Source of the DNA: the human T2T-CHM13v2.0 reference genome, Homo sapiens
Strand: one strand, 5' to 3'
Length of the DNA stretch: 64,000 bases
Assembly (NCBI RefSeq): GCF_009914755.1
Contig: NC_060936.1
A program made the position numbers and the translations under genes. Within the stretch, counting starts at the first letter, position 1. Each line of letters starts with the position of its first letter. Positions 52,031 through 64,000 of the stretch are shown here, piece after piece. The notes under the pieces are model-generated. The model saw nothing but the letters and a program-made list of their open reading frames with translations, did not search any database and was not told the DNA's origin.

Positions 52031-53239
52031 TTAATTACCTTGTTTCAAGACCCAAACACCTCTCTCGCCCTGTCAAACATCTATTCTCCTGCATACCTTT
52101 TTGGTATTAATTTCTGTAAGAGTTTATATAAATACTGTGTAGTTAAAGATAAGGGAATTGAGGTTGGAATTGCCCACAGGAACCTGTAAAATGACCTGAA
52201 AAGTAATAACTAACATTGAGTGTTTACTATATGCCAGGTACTGTTCTAAGTATTCTACATATATTAACTCATTTAATTCTTACAACCCAAGAGGTAGGGT
52301 GTGTTGTTATTTATCCCCATTTTACAGATGAGGAAACACGCACAGACAGTTTCTAAGTGCCTGGCCAAAGGTTACGCAGCTAGGAAGTGGCAATCTGACT
52401 GTGGCAGTAAGTCTATAGAATCTAAGTACACACAAACTTAAATCATTCTGTTGAGTTGATTGGAGGGTTTTCTTTTTTGTTCCTACTGTTTCTTTCTCCT
52501 GGGGAAGAGAAGGATTATGCCTTTCCCTACCCCCGTGAGAAGGACGGTTTGTCAAAGCACTTACTAGATAATAAAGTTGTTGATCAGCCTACCCCCAAGT
52601 GAAAAGGTGGAGGCTCCTTCCACTTATATTTATGTAAATGAGACTCTTCCTCTTGCCTGCCGTTTTTTTGCAAGCCCTAGATCAGGCGTGTACTCTGAAA
52701 ATGCTGAGCACACCCCTCTGTGCACTTGTGGCAATGCCACATACAGGAATGCGCTGGCCTGAGGCCGCTATTTCCACACTGAATTTCTGGTATATTCACA
52801 CCCCTTTAGGAGGAGATATGGAACAGGACATGGGTACTAGAGGACACACAAACGTGTGATGATTTGCTGGGTGTTGCTGTGTCCAACCCGCGGACTCTGC
52901 GGCCGGGCTAAATAAGCTCAATATGTGGCTCCTTTGGGTGTTCCCGAGCGTGACGCAATAACAAAACAATGGCGTCATCGTGAGGTCACTGCAGAACAGG
53001 GGGAAGGGGGTGGGGAAGGGCCCTCCTTCTACGGGCGGAGCCCTTTTTGCCCAGCTCTCAGAGCGGCCCCCTACCCGCCCCTCCCGCCGTCTCCCCTTCA
53101 CCTAAGTTCCTCCAGAGCCGTCTCCCTGGGAATTAGCCCTCTCCTAACTCCGACCACAGAAAGCTCAGCTTTCAACCTAAGCTTTTGGAGTTTAGGCTGT
53201 AGTCCCTAAGAGAGTCTCTAGAAACCCTGCCCCTAGTTT

Positions 53240-53508
53240 TAAGTTTCGCCCAATGAAAAAACAAAAGGAGAGGGACAGAAGGCGGGTCGGTGACGTAATG
53301 CGGGTTGATTGGCATGCAGGCCTTGGACGTCCAGGATTAGCCACGCATTTCGCCAATCCAGAGGCAGGGGAGGGACGGTGCAGGCGCAGAGTATTGGGTT
53401 TGGCTGGCCTCGATTTAAAGAGACAGAAGCTGTCGGGGTCCTGGAAGACGGTCCCCAATACCCTCCCCCCAAGTCCTTGGGACCACTTGGGTCCCCAGAG
53501 CTGGGGAG
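53240..53508 (+). promoter_or_regulatory. TSPAN31: TSPAN31 promoter: multiple CCAAT boxes and a TGACGTAA bZIP site
   Basis: CCAAT/ATTGG at ~53250, 53308, 53353 and 53393; TGACGTAA at 53291; CpG-rich. Confidence 0.65.
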
Positions 53509-55644
53509 ATGGTTTGTGGCGGCTTTGCCTGCTCCAAGAATGCGCTTTGCGCTCTCAACGTGGTCTACATGGTGAGGTTTTGGAGGTGGGGGAAGCTTCA
53601 AGGCGGAAAGGCCCCGTGGGGAGAATCTCTAGGGTACTTCCGGTGGGGAGAGGGGTGTATGGGGGTTCCGGGAAGATTCCCAGGAACTTCCGGCGACGAG
53701 GGAATTCCTGGGGACTTCCGTGGGAGAGAGGAGACTTCCGGTTGATTAAGGGGGTTTGTCTGAGGGTGGGGGAATGAACTGAAGGCCGTGGGCGTAAGTT
53801 CCATACCTCCTTCCTGTGAACCTCAGTTTCTTCCAAACTGGAAGTGATAGGATGATCCTGAGGGTTCATCTTTTGCATTCATACTACCATCCCTGCCACC
53901 CCCTCCCCGCCATCCTAGCCATTCTAACCTTTGGGAGTGCCTAGGGATGCTCCCGGTGCGGATAGCACCATCCCCAGCTCCCATTCACACACTATTCCAT
54001 TATTCCTTCCCCCTGCCCCGCTCCCAAGTCCTCTTGTATGGCCTTGGGCTGTGCCGCATGCTAGAATTGTTGAGATGTATCCTGCTCTTTCTTCGTAGCT
54101 GGTGAGCTTGTTGCTCATTGGAGTGGCTGCTTGGGGCAAGGGCCTGGGTCTGGTGTCCAGCATCCACATCATCGGCGGAGTCATTGCTGTGGGAGTCTTC
54201 CTTCTCCTTATTGCAGTGGCTGGACTGGTGGGTGCTGTCAACCACCACCAAGTCCTGCTGTTCTTTGTATCCTGACCTGAAGTGATGGGGGCAACCGGGG
54301 GCTTGGGAGGGCTGTCATCTAAGGAAGATGTTAGAAGGGTAGGGGACCTCAGGGATCTTGGACACGTCTCCTTGCCCTGCCCTGTCCCATAATCTACGAA
54401 ACAAGAGCTGATTTTATTGCTTTCAATTTGACATGGTGGTGTAAGTTCTATGAACAGATGAGACCAGACAGTTATTATAGATGAAACATAAAGGAATCTA
54501 GGACTTTTTTCCATAACCTTTCCTCTCAGTACATGATCATCCTTGGTTTGGTCTTCATCTTCCAATTTGTAATCTCTTGCTCATGTCTGGCTATTAACCG
54601 AAGCAAACAGGTAAGACAGTACCCTTTCAAGTACTTACTTGCTTTTTAAAATTTTCCTCTTAACCTCGAACTCCTTCCTTAGTCTGGCCCCAACTACCCA
54701 AAGATCATCCTTAGGTGCACTGCTTCTGGCCTCTTGGGCTATTTGCTTCCTCTGGGATGTCTGGTTAATTTTCCATGAGGATGATCTAGAGAACCTCAAA
54801 AGGTAGATATTTATCGTGTCTATAATTGTTGCACACCGTTATGCTTCTGTTTGACTTCCTTTGCTGGGCTAGGGAAATTGAGGCACTTGAACTGATAACA
54901 GGATGTAGGGAGACTTAATTTCCCTCTACCCATATCTTTCAGACAGATGTCATCAATGCTTCTTGGTGGGTCATGAGCAACAAGACTCGGGATGAACTGG
55001 AAAGAAGTTTTGATTGTTGTGGCTTATTCAACCTCACAACCCTGTATCAACAAGATTATGATTTCTGCACTGCAGTGAGTGTGTTGGGGGTGGTGCAGCA
55101 GCCAGGGGAGGTAGGAAACTGGGTAAGGACAATGCCCAAGTTGGCAAATTTAGTTTGAATGTCATTGTTTCTCTCTCTACAAGCCCTCTTGTATTGGGGC
55201 TGTGTTGGTGGGAGGTGGGGGTGGATAGAGGCTGGGGAATTAGCCAAGTAGGATTTTAGTTTGTAGGACACTGGTCAGATAACAGTAAAGTTTCTAGGGA
55301 CATTCGGCATAGGTATTAGTCACTAGCAACTTTACATTCACAACTTTGCATTCTTCACGTTTTATCCTCAGATCTGCAAGAGCCAGAGCCCCACATGCCA
55401 GATGTGTGGAGAAAAGTTTCTTAAGCATTCAGACGAAGCCCTGAAAATCCTAGGGGGTGTTGGACTCTTCTTTAGCTTTACAGAGGTAACATTCTCCAGT
55501 TCCCTCACACACATCCTTTTTGAGACTGAGAATTAATTGATACTTATCTCTCTCCCTTTGTTCCTACAGATCCTTGGTGTTTGGCTAGCAATGAGATTTC
55601 GGAATCAGAAGGATCCTAGAGCCAACCCCAGTGCCTTTCTATGA
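53509..55644 (+). CDS. TSPAN31: Tetraspanin-31 (SAS), 210 aa, 6 exons
   Basis: Exons 53509-53571, 54099-54266, 54530-54610, 54943-55074, 55372-55485, 55570-55644 sum to 633 nt. [20 protein letters not shown]...; four hydrophobic segments; tetraspanin CCG motif (SFDCCGLFN); ends [10 protein letters not shown]. Confidence 0.97.
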
Positions 55645-56037
55645 GACTTTGGATCCTTCTGACTTTTCTTCTGCTCTCTCTAAGCTTTCTCTTCCTCCCT
55701 TAGGGAATATCTAGGGTCTGTAACCGTTTTGGTTTGAGAAAAAGGAAAGGCCCCTTGTCACATCCTCTAAAATTGATGGAATAGCAAGACTTTATGCCTT
55801 GACATATTTTAGTGGGAGCCAGACTATAAGGAATAAAAGGAAAAACTTTCTTCCTCTCTCTCCAAGAGGATATGGGAAGCTTCTGTGAGTGCATAGGATG
55901 GGGGCTGGAGTCATTCTTAGCTGTTTCCCTTCCTCTGTCCATATACTGGATCACCTCAACATACCCTGGTGTGGCTCTAAGGGTAAATCAGGGATAGGGC
56001 CAAGGAGAAAACAACCAAGAACTCTTTCCTGTAATAA

Positions 56038-56468
<431 letters not shown>

Positions 56469-56878
56469 TAGGCCCTGTAATTTAACCAGTCTTTAAGGTT
56501 TTGCAGGAAAGTCCCTTCTTCCAAGTGGTTTTTCCAAATCGCACAATGGCAAAGCCAAACAGAGGAAGAAACATTAAAAAAAAAAAAAAGACCATTATTT
56601 CTTTGTTTTGTTTTTCCTGTATAAAAAAGGACCCCAAATATAAAGGTAGGGAAAGGGACAAGAGGGAACATACCCCTTAGTGTAGAGAAATGGGAAGGAG
56701 AAGGAGAAGCCTCAAAAGGAGAGGTGGGAGGGGAATGTCATTAAGGCAGCAAAGTAATCTCTGTAGAAAGATGGAGGAGGACCCTCCATAGCCTCAGAGA
56801 TAAAGGCAAAGATTGCCCTCTCAGTGTCCAGAAGGGAAATGGCAGCTTTTCTTCCTTCCATGGCAGCCACTCCATTGC

Positions 56879-60127
<3,249 letters not shown>

Positions 60128-60524
60128 TTAGGATGGTATGAGCCTGCAGCAACAAAGGGACTCCCAAAAAAAAAGCGCAAAGAACACCACCAGCATCCCA
60201 TCCCCCGCTCCCAGTCTTCCTTGGGGCCGGCCCCAGAGATAACACAATGACTCAATACCAACCCCTCCAGCCACGTGAGGCCCTGCAATAGAAAACGCTT
60301 TTTCCTTTGGGACAATCGCGCCCCGCACAAAGATCACACATGACACATGCCTTGCATCGAAGATCCTACACCTCAGTCCCTAAAATTATACTTTCCCATG
60401 ACCACAAAGGCCCCACTTCCCGCCCTTGAGCGACCCTTCCATAACCAGCTCGCGAAACGAACGCGTGGAAAGCTGTGAGGGGGGCGGGCACTGGTTCTCA
60501 TTCCTGGGAAGGGACTGCACTTAC

Positions 60525-61020
60525 CTCACGCCAGCCCGGGGTGCTGTGGGGGCGGCCCGTTATCGGGGCCCCGGAGCCGGTTCCTACGGCCCCATACACC
60601 CGAGCTCGGTCCGGAGCAGCTGGACGCAGAGGGCCCGACCATAGACACAGGCCGCAAGCTAGAGAGGCCCCCTCACCCCCACCCTCACCATGTGACCAGC
60701 TGCCAAAGAGGCGCGCGGAAACTGGGAGGGCGGGGCGAACGCCGGACGTTCTGGGCACGTGACCGCCACCCATGCGCTGAGGGGCGGACAGGAGGTGCTT
60801 CGACTGGGAGGAGGGCGAAGAGTGTAAGGGGGCGGAGGGGCGATGGCAGCCACGTGATCTGTTGCTATCACACGTGACCGCTTGACATTGCTCTGAGGAG
60901 CAGAGGTGTGGCTACGCGGCGGGCACGTGACTGGCTGCCACAACCCCCGCTGCAGGGGGGGAGCGGTGAGGGGGACAAGAGAGGGTGGAGCCCGAGGCGG
61001 TGCCATGGCAACCTAGGCCA
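60525..61020 (-). promoter_or_regulatory. CDK4: CDK4 non-coding exon 1 and CpG-island promoter with E-box cluster
   Basis: CACGTG at 60756, 60851, 60871 and 60924 (also 60272 in intron 1); E2F-like GCGCGGAAA at ~60713; GC boxes; X-box-like GGTGCCATGGCAAC at 60999. Confidence 0.8.
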
Positions 61021-63279
61021 CCCAGAGCCCAACTCCCGGCTGAAGGATTGTCTCACTACCGGTCTGAAGGCTGAACTCCAGTCTCACTACCGGTCTTTCA
61101 GCCTGTCTGCATTGGGGAGGGGGTGGGAGTTGGGGTACCAGAGGTGATGCTGTCACCTTTTCGCTCCACCATGAGAAAACATACTCTCATTTGTGTCATT
61201 GTTTCATTCATTAATTCTACAACATTTTACTGAGTGCTTGCTTCCAGTGTGTATGTGGGTTTTTATTTTGTTTTTGGTGTCTGTCACTGGCCCTTTAAAG
61301 TAGTGGTACGACTATCTATAAAGATGTAGCCAACAATGGGGTCTTCTACAATAGGGAGTAAACAATGCCCATTTGAGGGCAAAACTACGATTAAAGGATG
61401 ACGGAAGGCAGATTAATACAGTAATCCAACAGGCTCAGTGACAAGGTAATCCTCTCACTTTTCCAACTTCCAAACCTCCCTGGGAGTGTTAATGCAAAGA
61501 CCTGAGGCCATCTGGCAGAGAAGTTATTGATGAGCAGGAGACAGGAATACTTGACCTTTTAAGTTTTTTTTTTTTTTCCAGTAGGAAGGTTCTATGATTA
61601 TGTGATATTTGTATGTGTGCATATATGCTTCTATGTATATATGTATGTATATGATATTATTTATCACATCATATATAAGACGGATACAGGATTGCACATG
61701 TGCAAGAAAGTTACCACCACACCCCCTGCACCCTCCAGACCACCACAATGAATGAAAATGACATGCCCCCTTCTGCAAACCTTGTGACTACTCATTTGGA
61801 GTTATTGTGCTTCCCTCTTTTTCCCTAGTGCCGCTTTCTTAGCACTTAGCACTGTCCAGAACACACTTGTTCCCAAATGGCCTCTGCCCAGACACCTAGG
61901 TAGACACAAGTAGATTTCTCCTACTTTGTTTTATTGGCTCCAAGGTCTTTATCTCCCAGCCCTTTGGGGGTATGGGAGTAAAGGAGGAAAGCGGTTAGTG
62001 TCTCATTTGTGAGAATTTGTCTAAAATCTAAAGCCATTTTATTACCCTATTTGCCACTCCTTCCACTCTAACTTCTGTTTTCCTTAACCATCTGGCTGAG
62101 AATATAAGAGTTCAAACTAGAAGATGAATATAAACCATGACTTAGAGCAAAATAGAATACATATTAATACAGATGCCTCCTCTTTCCATCCTGATACTTG
62201 TAGCCCTGGGCCCCTCCTGGCAAGGGCAGCTGGAACACTAGTAAGAAAAACCTCAAGGACTGAACTGACTAAGGGGCTCAAGAGGTGAATGTTTTATTGG
62301 CTACCTTGCTAGGGGTGGGTGCTTTGTAAGCCTTCTGGAAGGCTAAGATAATTGTCTGTGAGTTTTTCAAACTCCCTTCCCACACCAGCATTCCCCACTT
62401 CAGCCTCACCTTCCACATAAGACCTTCACAGCTTACTGTCTTTGCAACAGAAGACGTCCTCTCTGTCTGCTTGGGTCCCAGCCCCTTTTTCTGATTCATT
62501 CATTAGTCCATCCAAAACATTTGAATACTTCATGGGAACATTACTGTCTCTCCATCACTTTCTATTGAGGAACCTTAATTTGGCAGTCTGTCCCAGGCTC
62601 TGTCCCCTCCCTTCTTCTGTTAATTACTCTTTCACTAATTAAATTTTTTCCCAGTATGTTTGACCCAATGAGCTCCCCTGGAATCCCTTTTCCCTCAGCT
62701 TTGCAAAGGGGAGGAGAGGGAGAATGTAAGTGTAAGAAAGAAAAAAATGTGATGGGGGTAGAACTTGGCCTCAGAGGGAAGTCTCCATAAAAGGAAAGGG
62801 GTAAGTGTGTGTATTGTTCACTTCAGTGTAGTGGAGGTGAGGGCAGGAGAGTACCAGGAAAGACACTCCCATCCCTTTAGCACGCCTACCTCCCCTGCTC
62901 CCTCCCTCACCTCCTTCACACATTACAATCACAGGCTTCTGTTTCTCAGACAATCCGATTCCATTCCTTACACACCTCTCTTTCCCAGTCCCCATCGATC
63001 ACACTTTTCAGCCCTTTGGGTAAAGTGTATATTGCTTGAGTCCCACCCCTGCCCATGTACCTCCCTCACACCTCCGACACTTGCACAGCTCTTTCTTTGC
63101 ACATTCCCATTTTGCACAAGCCTCACCCTCCCTGGTACACCTGCGTCATTTAACCACTCACCTTCCATGCTCACCCGCTCATCCCCCACTCCCAGACACA
63201 CACCTAGTCAACTTGTGTGCACACTCCCCTTCCTTGGCCACTCCCCTTCCTCCACCCTCCTCGGGATCCCACACTTGCC

Positions 63280-63879
63280 CCCGCCCCTGGGGACACCTGC
63301 TCGTGCGGGGCAGGGCGGGGATGCGCAGCCGCGGCCCCTTCTCCTCTCCCCCTCCCCGCCCCGCCCCTCCCTCCATCCTTCACCCGCTCCCCGGCGCCCG
63401 CCCCGCCCGCCCGCCACTCCGGGGGGGTCTCCGCCGCCGCCGCCGCCGGAAGGAGCCGCCATTTGCCACCGCCGAGCGCACGGGCCGAGCCAAGCCTGAT
63501 CCCGGAGCCGGAGGGGGACTGGGACCGAGAGAACGGCGATGGGGGGCGGCCCCGCCGCAGGAGGACCCGGGCGCGTAACCCCGGGGGCCCGGCCCGCTCC
63601 AGACCCAGACCCGCGGGGTGCGGCACCCTGAGCCCCCCTCCCCGCCCCCTGCCCTGGCCATGGCCGCCCACCCCGCCGCCCCCGGGCCGCCAGCCCGCTC
63701 GGCCCCGCAAGCACCGGAGCCCCGGCGGTGGCAGCAGTGAACGGCTGTCGCAGGCCCCGAAGACCCCGGCCCGGCTCGGCTCTCTAGCGCGCGCCCCCTT
63801 CCCGGCCTTGTCCTCTCCCCTCCCCCCGCCGCTAGCGAGCCCCCCTTGCACGCTGCCCCCCGCCCCCGGTGTCCGGACG
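63280..63879 (+). promoter_or_regulatory. MARCHF9: MARCHF9 CpG island, promoter and 5' UTR
   Basis: Very GC/CpG-rich; GC boxes; YY1-like GCCGCCATTT at ~63455. Confidence 0.7.
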
Positions 63880-64000
63880 ATGCTCAAGTCTCGGCTCCGC
63901 ATGTTTCTGAACGAGCTGAAGCTGCTGGTGCTGACAGGCGGGGGGCGGCCCCGGGCCGAGCCGCAACCCCGGGGGGGCCGGGGAGGCGGCTGCGGCTGGG
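63880..64000 (+). CDS. MARCHF9: MARCHF9 (membrane-associated RING-CH E3 ligase 9), first 40 codons; continues beyond the window
   Basis: ATG at 63880: MLKSRLRMFLNELKLLVLTGGGRPRAEPQPRGGRGGGCGW, matching the recalled MARCH9 N-terminus and the gene order next to CDK4. Confidence 0.9.
   Translation, partial: MLKSRLRMFLNELKLLVLTGGGRPRAEPQPRGGRGGGCGW

Noticed and set aside
62765-63902. Long ORFs (168-244 aa) around the MARCHF9 CpG island
   Set aside because: Expected by chance in stop-poor, GC-rich or pyrimidine-rich sequence; no domain features.

Overview
Human genomic DNA from the gene-dense 12q13.3-q14.1 segment (recognised from translated exons). It contains: complete OS9 (+, 15 coding exons, 667 aa, 2533-29260, with a ~19.4-kb Alu/L1/L2/LTR-filled intron 5); complete AGAP2/PIKE/CENTG1 (-, 19 coding exons, 1192-aa PIKE-L from ATG 46600, plus the alternative PIKE-A first exon at 50266-50425); the antisense lncRNA AGAP2-AS1 over its 3' CpG island; complete TSPAN31 (+, 210 aa); complete CDK4 (-, 303 aa) with the mirtron MIR6759; and the first 40 codons of MARCHF9 (+). 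All exon boundaries were read from splice dinucleotides, and exon lengths sum to intact reading frames. Most ORFs in the track are Alu/L1-derived or GC-rich shadows. I found no new gene system. The most unusual observations are: a 92%-identical copy of an AGAP2 ArfGAP coding segment inside intron 15 (440 bp away); two consecutive OS9 introns that are frame-preserving and stop-free; a chain of overlapping stop/start uORFs ending on the PIKE-L ATG; a U12-type intron in TSPAN31; a GC-AG donor in OS9; and strong-Kozak uORFs in MARCHF9.
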